Assembly: GCA_025594325.1 (NCBI GenBank)
Contig: JANHCV010000010.1
Span: 434,001 to 498,000 of the forward strand
Length of the DNA: 64,000 bases
Origin: Blastocladiella emersonii ATCC 22665
Taxonomy: Eukaryota > Fungi > Blastocladiomycota
Direction of reading: 5' to 3'
A program made the translations under genes and the position numbers. The notes under the pieces were generated by a model. That model was not told where the DNA came from. It saw nothing but the letters and a program-made list of their open reading frames with translations, and did no database searches. Shown here piece by piece: positions 33,301 through 45,600 of the stretch (positions are counted from its first letter, which is position 1; the number at the start of each line of letters is the position of its first letter).

Positions 33301-33594
33301 GCGACGGCCGGGTATTCGGGCGCGGCGGGTGCGCCGCGGCCCGAGCAGCTCAAGTGCACGCTGCCCGCCGGGATCAAGTGGGAGGACATGCCCGCGGGCG
33401 TGCGTGACTGGGTCCGGCTCGTCGGCGCGACGCAGCCGGGGAACCTCGCAGCCGTCTTCGAGCGCGTCGCCCCGTACTTCACGGGCCGGTTCCACACGGA
33501 CGAGATCATGTACCGCACGGGAACGCCGCGGCGCGATCTCAAGGCGGTCCTCGCGGCGTACGCACAGGAGTTGATCACTGTGTTGCATGCGTAA
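30397..33594 (+). CDS. NPR3: Nitrogen permease regulator 3 (GATOR1/SEACIT subunit), intronless
   Basis: LLCIALVVGSSRG, FGFDLPMLADLLAPKPACCDTPFELQVGDLIFVGLPV, INMFHVVFV, ALRHEQLRHEYI, IRSYHSL, AAHLLFWGKARLVHPV. Confidence 0.92.
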   Translation: MDYRRTEQGATYAPLGSGGGPSAAAPAPPTTDAPVSGTSLPSPLGPPCPLLCIALVVGSSRGHHIVTHHPPAPAAPSASAAAVAPAAVDVPYRHLALAPLHGRVPLALARENLPAPIAALSTDAPSGIPSRAAAVAAPAPAGKSTQQQSTQATVPSAAAAIRGGVTDPVAASSDRVAVGGDRSRSHVDLLRGVSSLGIDAGAGVAASGTVASGTSTPAQSPSLFSPSVAAVPPLPAHVEPLPSPAISLPDRPPTSSAKPVPPPPSSPAATPESSTLFGFDLPMLADLLAPKPACCDTPFELQVGDLIFVGLPVALTGAKLAPQCAGYPGMAPYYRHRMARYANANPDESTGEPCRGRGRGSNSQQHANDRDDVGAGGGGGTDDDGYALSSESDDSDSDSAADGWQADESEDEEDEDGDSDIGDTDDEDDDDADDLSGSEDDDERPGYYSSSALRSPKKHVRRWLAKQSFRNAANAAGGSSFDFSGSDDEGTTGRPASRRSRRKSGGVGGGVDARAAARHALHINMFHVVFVVADHGPATREWIEGLYRHVAVPLTWALRHEQLRHEYICRQAERLLAHRDRAGGSNGAGAGVVATGTASAADALRREATSASAASRSASTADLGRLFGGRYSAAGATGPTTAGGSAPPTPSLGTAAAATVSSSSSSSLVQLFSRIYDGLQRGVPTHVVVNHHVHLTLQVPPRRVPLARDVLALDELEPDYDYDESDDDANGIDGSSSSNPYSGLPWDWVDPDPVAVAVDPASVRPGFFPLIRSYHSLALVEDREVVLRSLPADASPLVAEFVRWFRPHMSFTEAHIHFQVPLYQVLRVAAHLLFWGKARLVHPVSLRNVVALDPDADLREVLAGADVPGSLAREFRDRFAATANLDLTELLVALSTGSPRFLSAHVPNRELRSAYIDAVALLVARGVLVQLHTYVYLKVPEILVRVPGLALSDFEQLCGAEGAPAVLGATAGYSGAAGAPRPEQLKCTLPAGIKWEDMPAGVRDWVRLVGATQPGNLAAVFERVAPYFTGRFHTDEIMYRTGTPRRDLKAVLAAYAQELITVLHA

Positions 33595-33877
33595 CGCTCG
33601 AATATAGTCCGTCTCTCGCCGGTTTCGTTGGTGGCGGCGGCCGCTAAAGTGCTGAGATGGGTCGCGGACGCGGTGGTTATCAGCACGGGATTTCGCTGCC
33701 AGTCGCGTCAGCATTCCGCCGCGTCCTTTTAAGCTTCAAACTTGTGAGTTGGTCACTGCTGAGCCCAATCGAGTCAGGGCGGAGTCGTGGGCATTGCGGT
33801 TTGCGCGCACCCTCAAGTTGGCGCCCTGGCGCAGCTTCGGCTCTCTCTCTCCCGACCGGATCTCACGCAATAATCAC

Positions 33878-35339
33878 ATGAAACTCATGGAAACTAGCTT
33901 ACCATCACTACCTGACACGGTCATTGACCGCGTCCTGTGCCTCGCTGTCCGCATGCATGACCCGGACGAGGCCTTTACGCTGCAGCGGTACACCCGCGTC
34001 CTGCCGCGCGACCGCGCGCCGTGCGTCCACCGGACCCTCGAAAACCACGTCACGGCCGTGTCCATGGATGAGGCGAGCGCGACGGGCCAGCTCAACGTGC
34101 TTGACTACTGGTGCCGCTCCAGCCGCCCGCTCGAGTACACGGGCCGCGCGATCTCGGACGCGGCGACGTCGTACAGGTCGCTTGACTGGTGGCGCCGCTC
34201 CGACCTCCCGCTGCCCGAGTGTGAGGTTGATGAGAGGGTGCATGTGCACTTCAACGGGATCATGCTCGAGCGGCAACAAGAGGACTACGTACGTCTTCGC
34301 TCGCAGCGCTGGTCGCTAGTCACAGCTAACCGCCACAGCCGTGAATGCGTACCAGGTCCTAAAACGCGAACCTGAACCACCCGGCGACGGCGTCATTGCG
34401 TCGTTCGTTGACCAGGTGCGCAACGGCTCGCTCGACTCGGTGCGGTGCGTGGGCGTGCGTATCACCATATCAGGCGCGTCGGCGCTCGCGGACGCCATGG
34501 CCGCGCCCAGCGCCAACGTCGCGTCCGTCGATCTCGAGTGCTGCGACGTCACGTTCGACACGCTGTGCGCGCTGCGCCTGCCCGAGTCGGTCACGGAACT
34601 CGAGCTCATGAACAACTGGGCCGGCGTTGGCGCTGCTGCTGCCGCCGCGGCCGGCGGCGCTTCGCCGTTCCCGCCCCGCCTGGGAAACCTCGACCTCGAC
34701 GGAAACAACCTCGGCAGTCCAGAAGACGCGGTCGCGCTCTTCCGCCTGCTGCCGCCGACTCTGCACACGCTGCGGTTCACGAACATCGCGCTCCCGCCCG
34801 CGTACACGCGCGCGCTGGCCGCGCACATGCCGCCCGCGCTGACCCACCTCGGGCTCGTGCACTGCCAGATGGGCACCGAGGGCATCGTCGCGATCGCGCC
34901 GCGGCTGCCGGCGACCCTACTCAACCTCATGATCCACGACAACGACATCACGACCAAGGGCGCCATGGTCCTCGCGCGGCACCTTCCGCCGCGCCTCGAG
35001 AACCTGTCGATTGGCCCAAACCCGATCATGGACGAGGGCGTCGTCGCGCTGGCCGCGAAACTGCCGCCGTCGCTGCACACGCTGTGGCTGTGCAACACGG
35101 GGACCACGGACGTGGGCGCCGTGGCGGTCATGGGCTGTGTCTTGCCACGGCTCAAGAACCTCAGCTTCACGGGCGCAATCCTGAGCCATGCGGTCGTTGA
35201 GCTCATCTTTGCGCAGGTCCCGCCGAGCCTGACGTGGCTCTGCTTCGCGGACGCGACGGATCCCGAGACGGGCGAGTTGCCTGACGTGTCAGCGCTCCTC
35301 CCAAACGTGCACCCTGGACTGCAGGTCGACTTGGAATGA
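33878..35339 (+). CDS. Divergent F-box-like/ANK-like + LRR family member with one intron (about 34289-34338, exact sites uncertain)
   Basis: LPSLPDTVIDRVLCLAVRMH...VLPR...SMDEASATGQLNVLDYW; PGDGVIA (cf. PGDAVIA); RNI-like repeats (LTHLGLVHCQMGTEG, LLNLMIHDNDITTKG). High GC3. Confidence 0.8.
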
Positions 35340-35416
35340 GATTTTGGCGCTAAAAAGGTGGACGAAAACCTTGCGATCCATAAATGAACACGAACTATTG
35401 CGACTATCGACTCGAC

Positions 35417-37818
35417 TCAAAGTCCGAGCTCAGAGAGCAACACGTCGCGCCGCTCGCACTCAACGTGCATCAGGGCGCGGAACTCGGTCGCCTGGGCGAG
35501 GTCACCGGCCGCGGCCATGATCTCGGCCAGCGACTTGCGCCGCTGCTGCTCAGTCAAACGCGAGTTGTCAAGAACCGCGAACATGGCCTCCACAGCAAAC
35601 TCTGGCGGCCGTTTGCCATCAAGCGCGCGCGGAGGAAGCATGCGCCAGACGTGACGCGGACTCGTCGCGCTGAGCCGAATCCAGTCGTCGAGAAGAACGG
35701 ATGGAGCCGCGCGGTGCAGCTGCTCGATGATCGCGTGGTCAGACCCAGGCCCGCACACCCCGCTCGCGAGCTCGCCGCGGCGGAGAAAGTCGGCCATGAG
35801 CAACGCCTGATTTGAGAACAACGCGTCCAGCACGTCGTCGGAGATGGCGTCGCGCTCAATGTAGAGGTTGGACGGCTTGGTCAGCACGGTGTGGACCGCG
35901 TACTGCCACGGCTTCCACGCTGGGTCTGGGAGATCAGCAGGCGGTGAATTCGATGATGCCGACAGGTTGCGCGGGAGGATGAAGCGGGGTTCAGATGAGT
36001 ACCGGTCGCGAATCGAGATTGGTTGAGGTGCCGCGACGGATGCGCGGCTTGGAAACCGAGGAAGGGTGGCCATGAGCGCGTCCAAGGTCCAGCAATGGGG
36101 CGCGGCGCGGACCGCTGGCAGGAGCAAGAGGCCAAAGTCGAATCGAAGCGTTGTTTTGTCGCAATCGTATCTTGGGCACCTGCATCGGCGATGCGCGAGG
36201 TGGCTCAAGATCGTTTCAGAGGTCGCGGTGTCACAAAGCAGGGCGACGAGGATTTGGCCATAGATATGCGTGTCGGCCTTGTCGATGTACTCCAGCCAGA
36301 GCCGAAAGAAATCGGAGTCGTGGCGGGGTGAGCCGGTGTACAGGTACAGGACGGCAAGCACGTCATTTAGAAGCCCTGCTTCGGACAATGTGGCCAGACA
36401 GGCTGCCTTATCCAGGACGCCGTAAATGTCGACCTCGATGGCAAGCGTGAGCCGGATCAGCTCGTCAAGGTACATTAGTATGGACCGCGGCTCGGTCGGC
36501 GCCGTCCACCAGTACTCAGCAAGCTCGTCCTGGTCAAAGAAATCTGACGCGTCGTCGTCCTGATCGAGACCAAGAACCGCTCGTCCAGCTAATGGAAATC
36601 GAAAGGCGCGGGGCTTCGTTAGTGAGAGGATTCCATGAGCGAGTGCAGGGATACGACGTACCGGCAGCAAGCAGTCTGATGAGGCAGGGCTCAAAGCAGT
36701 CAGCAAAGGCATGCGACGCCGGTGAACCAGCGCGTATAAGCAAAAGCAGGAGATGCAGCGCGTGCCGATACTCGATCAAGTCAAGTTCAGCGAACTCGAG
36801 TATCGTCGACTCGTGGCCCTCAATCTCTCCGGTCCTGAGGATCGCGTCAAGGCTGGCACCACGGTCCTGCAATACATGATGGACGAATTGGTCGATTGCC
36901 TCGTACGGAAGCCCCTGGTGGACGCGTTGCGCATCGAACTCGCTGAAGAGGTGCAAAAGACCGGCGCCGCCGAACGTTTCGCGAAACAAGAGTGCAACCG
37001 ATTCGCAAGGAAAGCCGTTGTTGTGTTCATCTGAGTCAACAAAGAACCATTCGAGCGTTGCAACGACATGTTCGACCGGAAGCGAGCGGTCGCACGAAAC
37101 TGGCGCGAGCTCGAAGAGGTTGCGCCAGAAGAATTTGTGGCGAAGCCAGCTACCATTGAGACCGTACTTGGGTTCCGCGACGACAGAAAGCATCTCAGGG
37201 CGCCACCATTTCAGGCAGGCAAGGGCGAGGAACTCGACAAAGGCAACGCGCGCGGTGTCGTTGTCCCACTCGGGATCATCTGCAACATCTTCGTCCACTG
37301 TATCCTCGTCCGGGTCGATTCGATGGTCAAGGTAACCTTGGGACCAGTGTGAGCGTCCACCCATTGATGTCGGCGATGGTCATGTCGTCGGGAAGCCGCG
37401 GCGCAACGCGTGCAAGGAGGCGGGCGAGCGTCGGCACATCAAGCACATCGGGGCGAGGAAGCCAACGGACACGGTCGTGGTCACGGGTGGCCGCAAGACT
37501 CGCTTCGGTACGCGCGAGATGGCGCAGGTACGGTGTGAGCGGCATCGGGTCGCTGAGCGAAAGGGTGGCGCCAAAGGCACCCCCGATCTTCCAGCCGGAC
37601 AGCTCGGGATTCAGCGCAAAGGTCAAGCGCCAAATGTACTGCGTCGAAGACGAGACAGCAATCTCGGCGAAACCGCGGGTAGCCAGAGGGATCGCAGCCG
37701 ACGGAACAGCGAGATGCAGCACCTGTGTGACAAGTTCGGCAGGAAGGTCCGGAAGTCGGAATGGGTCTCTTCGCATGGTGCTTCGATAATTGCAAGAAGT
37801 TATATCATCCAGATCCAT
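35417..37818 (-). CDS. F-box-like N-terminus hypothetical protein; intron 36589-36661; unresolved frame change near 37340 (possible pseudogene)
   Basis: FRLPDLPAELVTQVLHLA at the N-terminus. The GTACGT..CTAAC..TTAG intron joins ORFs 36534-37364 and 35417-36712 in frame. Confidence 0.6.
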
Positions 37819-37949
37819 GGCTACGGCGCGGAGTATTCATGGGGTGGAGAGCGCAATCGATCTACGCCAAAGTGTTTGATCACACGGCGATCACCAAGTG
37901 GCGCAACGCGAGCCTCCGTATGGCAGCTTGCCCTTCTCTGTAAACTTCT

Positions 37950-39500
37950 CGACAATCAGCAAGTTCATCACGGATATGATCTCCACCCGAGTTTCGGCCT
38001 TGTTGCCGTCGTAGTCAATAAAGCCGAGGACGAGCGCCTCAAACAGGAGACGAGCAGGGAGGTCACCGTCGATGAAGCACGATCTGTTGGTCGTGTCATG
38101 TAACGCTTCCAAAAGTTTGCGAGGAAGTCAAAAGGGCTAAAATAGCAAGACGGACTAATCGAGTGTCTGACCATGACGACTGCGTAGGCGAGCGAGCAGG
38201 TCACCGTCGATGAGGACCGACTAGAACGGATACACGACGTCCCTCTACCCGGCAACGACGGCGTAGTTGAGCGGTGCCACGAGGCAGTCCTGGTCGACAA
38301 ACTGCTCAGCGTCGTTCTGGACCACCTTGCAGAACCGGGCGATCGAGTCGCGGTCGACGTGGGACGACGGGCACTTGCGCGCCTCGCCGCTGATCACCTC
38401 GGTGGCCCACAGCGCCGCGTATAAGATCTTTACGCGGGCGTTTCAACCCTTGAGTTTCTCGCGGATCAGCGCGTACGGCGTCTCGGGAGAGTACCGGAAC
38501 ACAAGGTCAAGGCTGGCCGCGTGGTCATTGTACGCGCGCGTAAGCGTCATGGTGATCTCGTCGCCGGCGCCGTGGCGGATCACGAGCCCGGGGGTGCGCG
38601 CGTCGTGTAGCGTCAGGGCGAGCTCGATCGGGTCGTGTAGCGTCAGGGCGAGCTCGATCGGGTCGTGTAGCGTCAGGGCGGGCTCGGTGGGGGTCACCGT
38701 GACGCTTATGCCGGGGCGCGGCGCGAGGAGCCGCGGCACGTAGTTGTCGGCGAACATGCGGCCCTGGACGAGTGCTGGGCGAAGACGAGGGCGCGGAGCC
38801 AATCGGGGGCGCCGTTGCCGGCGACGAGCGGGGCGAGCCAGTTCGCGGCCGCGGAGAGCTTGGTGGCGTCGGTCGGCGGCTCGAAGACGCGCTTCGGGCC
38901 CGAGAAGGAGACGAGGACGTTTGCGGAGGACGGGCGGCCGGGTAGGCCGAAGTTGGCGAGGTACTCGGGGCGCGGGACGGCGACGAGGTCGCCGTTGTAG
39001 AATCGGTCGAGGACCGCGGCGATGTGGCCGTCGCGGACCGTGTCGAGAATCTGCTTGACGGGCAGATTAGCGACGTTGGCGTGGCGCGTTGCGACGGGGC
39101 CCTGCAGGATGCACACGCGCTGCGCGTCCTCGCCAACGGCCGCCTCGACGAACTTGGGCTTCCACAGCGAGTTGTTCTTGTATCAGGCCTCGAGCGACTC
39201 GTCGAGCACGAGAATGAAGGGCGCGGGCTTGCGGACCGGGCCGACGAACGACGTGAGCAGGAAGAAGACGTCCTCGGTCAAAAGCAGTTGGGTGTTCGCG
39301 CGCGGGAACGCGGCGAGGAAGTCGGCTACGGCGGCCGTCGGGTCGGCCTTGACGCGTAGCGGGTTAAGGATTGAGTTGACCTTGGTGGCGGCGGCAACCG
39401 ACTTGGAAGCGGACGCGAGCATGAAGCGCTCCTCGATGCGCAGCAGCGCGTTGATGAGCAGCGAGCCGTATAATGGGTCGATCCAGCGGTTGAACTTAGG
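37950..39500 (-). pseudogene. FAS1: Internal fragment of the fungal fatty acid synthase beta chain (end of enoyl reductase into dehydratase)
   Basis: RWIDP..LLRIEERF, KPAPFILVLD...NSLW...EDAQRVCILQGPVA, ILDTVRDGHIA, APLNYAVVAG*R, IDGDLLA. Several in-frame stops and frameshifts; no 5' or 3' end. Confidence 0.9.
38602..38680. repeat. 30-bp tandem repeat (2.6 copies) within the FAS1 fragment
   Basis: gtcgtgtagcgtcagggcgagctcgatcgg at 38602 and 38632, partial at 38662; encodes LALTLHDPIE. Confidence 0.92.
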
Positions 39501-39619
39501 CAGTTACGTGGGCTCAAGGATGTGGTTGAGCTTGCACGCATTGAGCAGCGGAGACTTGGAGGGACATACATGTTTCGCGCGTGCGTCAGCTCGCTGTATA
39601 CTCAATTGCTGCGCGCAAA

Positions 39620-42600
39620 TGAAATGGAGCGTGTGCGTACCGTCACGTCATCGAGTCGTGGTCTGTTGTCGTCGTGCAGCGCTGCTGGTCGCGGCAGCGG
39701 CGTCAAAGATGAAGGCGAGTACGGGCACGCGTAGGAAAAAGGAATCGAAGACGGTCGAGTCGGCTACACGGCGGATGCAGTCGCGCGGCTCGGTCAGTAT
39801 GAGCCGTCGTGCGGATGGTCTCGTCTCGTCTCGGCCACGCGTACCAATATCATCGAGTTGCTGCGTGATCCGCCCGCGGCCGCGGTTCTCCTTGAGCTTG
39901 ACCTCGTCTCGGTCGACGCGCACATGACTTGGAGCAGTGGTGGAGATGCAGCCGAGGCCGTCCGTGTACGTGTACGAGAGGCGAGCAGCTGGCCGCAATC
40001 AATCGAGCGAGAGACGACGCGATTGTTTGTCGTCGGGCGCGGTACGGCGCGCGAACACGAGTCGGGTCGATGATGGATGCGAGCGACGAGAAGTCGCGCG
40101 GCTGCCATCTACCAGTCGCGGAAAACAGATGTCAGCGATCACGGACTTGCGCACACGGGTGTGGTGGAGGGAATGAAGTAGGGGACACGTTCCAGGTTTG
40201 CTGCTCGAGTACTGCTGAGTGCCAGTTGACTCGTTGGTGCCGTAGGTCGTTGTCGTCTCGTAGATCGTGATGAGCTCGCAGTCGATCCCGTCATTCATCC
40301 CGATCGTGCTGTTGTTGGCCGCCGCCACCACCGCGAAGCCGAGGTTGCTGACGATCACCGAGTCGTAGCCCTTCTCGAGCTCGCGGCCGAGATGCGTGCC
40401 CGAGTGCATGCCGTAGGTGTTGGAGTAGTCGTAGCTGTCATGGTCGCGCGCCGACGGAGCCCCGGCCGTGCTCCGTTCGGGAGATCCCATTGATCTAGAA
40501 TCAATCGAGCGACGCGTCATTTTCCTGTGACGACGCGGCGACTGGAGATCGGTAGCGTACCTTCGGAGTGGTAGTACCACCGCCCAATGGCGCAGCGGCG
40601 GCGGCGGACGCGAACACGGGCAGTGTCGGCGGGGCACGATGATGTTGACCTGGATCGACTTGGAGCGCTGGCGCGAGGCGGGGGGGGGATCATGGCGTGG
40701 ACGCACGCGATGGCCGTTGGACATGACAGCAGCGGAAGCGTTCGCGAGAGAGTGAGTGTTCGGACTGTCGCGCGAGTACTTGTTCGAGTCACACACGATG
40801 GGTTTCTAGGGCAGCGCGACGAGCGAGCAAGTGGTGAGTGATCGATCGGTAGTGTTTGCACGGGTGAGAGAGCCAGCGCGACACGTCCCCGGGCTGACGT
40901 TGACCTGCGACCCCGCCGCGTGACGCTCGCCGCCGCCGACTTGAGCTGGTCGTTCGCGTCGCGTCGCGTCGCGGCGTGTCGTGTTGTGGCTGGCCGGAGC
41001 TTGGTGGTCGTCGACTGACGGGGAAGACCACCGCGCGCGTGGTGTTGTCGCGGAAGTCGAGCCGTCGTCGTTGAGAGCGCAGCACCGTGTTGAGCATGAG
41101 CTTGGCCATGGACCGCAGTTGATGAAGTCGATGATCGAGACGGTGGCGGCGGCCGTTGCAGTTCTGGAACGACCGACGTCGAGGCGCCCTGCCGCTTCTT
41201 GAAGTCATCGAAGAGGGGGGAAGTTGAGCTTCGACGAGGGCAACGAGTACGTGAGACTCAGCCCGGCTCGACCCGGCGCCGCGCGTAGTATCGGTCGGTC
41301 GAGGAGTCGTGGTATTGTGCTCGCCCTAGCTCCGAGCGACGCGTCAGTCACGTTTCTGTGGGTGGCAGCGAGCACTTTGCGCGTACCGTACGCTACCCCG
41401 CGGCTCGGCTTGAACTCGGTGCGCGTGGTCTCGGGGGAAAACGACGATGGCCAGCTTGGACTGCTGCTCCCTCGTGGACGACCCGCGGCCCGAGCGAGTC
41501 ATCATGGTCACGACCATGGCCATGGCCATGGCCATGGCCGCGCGCTGGATCTTGATCAGCGAGCGAGTCCTCGAGCCAGTGCGTGCGTGTCGAGCTTCTC
41601 GATGAGCGCGAGCTTGCCCGCGCCGGATGCTGCTGCTGCTGCTGGCCTTGAACGCGCGCGTACTGGTGCTCGGGTCGTCGTGTGTTGCCGAGGAGCACGA
41701 TTCGCCAGAATCGAGAGTCACGGCGAGGATCTGGAGAAGAAATGCAGCAGAAGCAAGACGTGAGTGCTCATCGGTGATACTTTTCGCGTCGACCTAAGCG
41801 AAGCGACGACACGTACCATTCATTCAGGGCAATGTACGCCGCCCGCCGTCTTGGACTTGCGCCACACGGTCGGTTGAGGAGCGTCATGCCGTACGTTGAA
41901 CGCGAGCGTCGAGCGCGGCCGACTTGCGGCGTCGGCGTAGCGTGTTGTTGCCGCAGCAGTCGAGCGACTTGGTCCCTCGAACTTGCGCGCACAACCCCCG
42001 CCCCGGGCAGCCGCGCAACGGTTACTACAGGATCGGACATGGGTAAGCAATGAGTGCATGGCGACCACGACGAGACCATGAAAACTCGTACCGTCGCTCT
42101 GCTTGAGAGGCAAACGTCGAGAGGAAGCGGCCTCGCTGCGAGAACTGGGCGAGAAACACGAGGAGCAGTTGATGGTCGCGGAACAGCCCGTCATCGCCGC
42201 AGCCAGTACGCCCGAGTGCGAGCTTGAAGTCGTCGCTGCTACGCGGAAGCCGCCCCAAGATGGCTGCCGTGAAAACGCGCGTACCGCGTTCCGTCACCGG
42301 GTCGTTGCTGCCGTGTCGGGATCCACGCGATCCACGTCGAGCTTGACCTGCATCTCGGCTCCCAGATCACCGACGGGCGACGCGTTTCGGTGAGAGCGCC
42401 GCGAGTGAGGACACGTACCGTTCTGACTCAAGGAAGTGGAGCCGCCGAAAGTCTTCTTGATGTCGTCGCGGGTGGTCTGGAACGATGCGCGCGTTGCGTC
42501 GTGTCAGCAGACGCCGCGGAGCGTGCTTTTGGCGTACCAGATGTAGCAAAGATGCCGCCGAATGTGACCGAGGACGCGAAGAACGAGATGATTCGCGTCG

Positions 42601-45600
42601 AGTCGCGTTGTTTTCCGTCAACGCCGCAGTTGCTGCTGTTGCCGACTCGGGACTACGTACGTGTGGGCGCGCATCGAGGTCAGTCATCTCGTGGGCGAGC
42701 GGGCGGCAGTCAATGACCATCAGCGCACCGCGTGGATCCCAGTCGCTCGCTTCGCCTGCATACCTGGTACTCGACACGAGCGTGACGAGCTCGTGAAACT
42801 CGAAGAACATGAGCAGGGGGTTGATCGTCGCGTGCGGTGCGCCATGAAAGCGCCCGTTCTGCACCACCGCCACAATCGAGTTCTTGGCCACGACAAAGTC
42901 GAGGTTGGCGAGGAGGAGAGCGCGATCTTTGATTTTGCCCCGCCGAGCCCAGCTCGGAGCGGAAGAAGAAGACGTAGCCGCCGACGTCGCTTGCGGCTGC
43001 AGAACGAAGCGCATCGGCCGGTCGTCGCGTGCCGCAGCCTCATTCCGTCGAATCTCACTAGACTGGGGCGAACCGTCAGCATCCGTGGCAAGTAATCGAG
43101 CGAGAGAGCGGCTTGTCGCGTACCCACCCACCAAAGTATCGCTCGCCACCTGAGCCTTGGTCGCCGTGCTGCGCGGCAAGCTTGCTAGCGAGTAGCGGAG
43201 CCAGGTCGACGTGGAAGAAGAAGAGCTTGACGCGCGCGTCGCAGTCTTGTTGACCACGCGTCGTCGATGATGCTCGCGAAACGGATGGTCGTCATCGTCG
43301 GATTGTCGCCGTTTCGACTCGAGGCACGATGAACCGAGCGTCAGCTCTACTAGTGCAACTCAGCGGGCGAGCGAGACGTGAGTGATCATCAGTGGAGTAG
43401 GGAGAGGTTGCGGCGACCGACCAGGACAACACGTTCCATGCTGGACAATGACCTGCGCCACCGCCGCCGACGCGACCGCGACGACAACTTGGACTCGAGC
43501 GTGCGCGCGCGTGGCTCGGGGATGAGAGTCGTCGGCTCGTGTCGCGCGCTCCGAGCGCAATCATGTCGCGGCGTCACGAGCTATAGTCGATGCCCGCTCC
43601 GCGGCCGTGGCTACAGCGCGAGGCCACGAACACGTGCTGCTGGGCTGGACGATGGCGAACGCGAATGCGTGGCGAGGGCGTCGAGGTTGCCGAAGCAGCA
43701 GATGGGCGGCGACGAGGAAGATGATCCGGACACGCTTGAGGAGGAGCGACGGTGGCGATACGATCGATCAGCAGCCCGTGTTGGTCGAGGCGAGCAGCGC
43801 CTACTCGGAGAAACGAAGTTCGCGCGCGTCAGTCCGCCGTACTCGCAACCACTACGCGCAGCGGAGATGGAGCGTACCGTCACAGTACAGGACGTCGTCG
43901 TGCAGCGCTGCTGGTCGCGGCAGCGGCGTCAAAGATGAAGGCGAGTACGGGCGCGCGTAGGAAAAAGGAATCGAAGACGGTCGAGTCGGCTACACGGCGG
44001 ATGCAGTCGCGCGGCTCGGTCAGTATGAGCCGTCGTGCGGATGGTCTCGTCTCGTCTCGGCCACGCGTACCAATATCATCGAGTTGCTGCGTGATCCGCC
44101 CGCGGCCGCGGTTCTCCTTGAGCTTGACCTCGCTCGTCTCGGTCGGCTCGTACATGACTCGGAGCGGTGGTGGAGATGCAGCCGAGGCCGTCCGTGTACG
44201 AGTACGAGGCGAGCAGCTGGCCGCGAGCGAGAGATCAACGACGCGGTAGCTCGTTGTTACGCGGCACAGCGCGCGCGTAAACACGAGTCGGGTCGATGCG
44301 AGCGAGGAGGAGAAGTAGCGCGACTTCAATCAACTACTGGTCGCGGAGAACAGATGTCAGCGATCACGGACTCGGCGGACGGACGCGATCGGAAGAAGAG
44401 GGCGCCACGTTCCAGGTCTGCTGCTCGAGTGCTGTTGCTGAGTGTCGGTCGACTCGTCGGTGCCTTGGGTCGTCGGCTCATGGATCGTGAACTCGCCGTG
44501 CAGCCCGTCGTCGTTCACGCTGATCTCGATCGTGCAGTTCTTGGCCGTCGACGCTGCGCGAAGCGAAGCCGAGGTTGTCGAAGGCCGCGAATAGTAGCTC
44601 TTGAGCTCGCAGGCGGGATGCTCGCTGGGGTGCGTGCCGTAGTAGTTGTTGGAGTAGTCGTCGCTGCTGTTGTCACGCTCCGACGGACCTCGTCTGGCCG
44701 TGTTCCGTTCAGGAGATTTCAGTCCTCTACATTCGAACGACGCGTCAGTTTCCGGCAACGACGCGGTGGCAAAGGATCCGGAGCGTGCCTCCGCAGTAGT
44801 AGCGGTAGCACTGTCCACTGGTGCAGCGGCGGCGGACGCGCACACGGCAACGTCGGCGGTGCGCGATGATGCTGACCTGGATCGACTTGACGCGCTAGCG
44901 CGAGGCGGAATCACGATGATGCGCGCACACGCAATGGCCATGGACATGACGGCAGCGGAAGCGTTTGCGAGAGAAAGAGAGTGGTTCGACTGCCGCACGA
45001 GTAATTAATTGGTCGAGGCACACACGATGGGTTTCTAGCGCAGAGTGTAGGGCGAGCGAGCAGTGTGTGAGTGATCGGTCATGTTCGCACGAGTGAGCGA
45101 GCCAGCGCGACACGTCCCCGGGCTGACGTTGACCTGCGACCCCGCCGCGTGACGCTCGCCGCCGCCGACTTGATCCAGTCATTCGCGTCGCTTCGCGTCA
45201 CGTCGCAGCATGTCGTGTCGTGGTTGGCCGGAGCTTGGTGGTCGTCGACTGACTGGGAAGACCACCGCGCGCGCGGCGTTGTCGCGGAAATCGAGTCGCA
45301 GAAGCCGAGTCGCAGTTGTTGATAACACGTTGTTGAGCGAGCTTGGCCAAAGACCGTGGTCGATGATCGAGATGAGGACGGCCGTTGCAGTTCTGGAGCG
45401 ACCGACGTCGAGGTGCCCTGTCGCTTGAAGTCGTCAAAGAGGGGGAAGTTGAGCGTCGACGACGTCGGCGGGTACGTGAGGCCCGGCCCCGGCCGGCCCG
45501 ACCTGGCGGCGCGTGGAGTGTCGTCGGCCATAAGTTGTTGCGTAGCACTTGCCCTAGGTTCGAGCGATGCGTCATGATTCTGCGGACGGCGGCGGACCCT

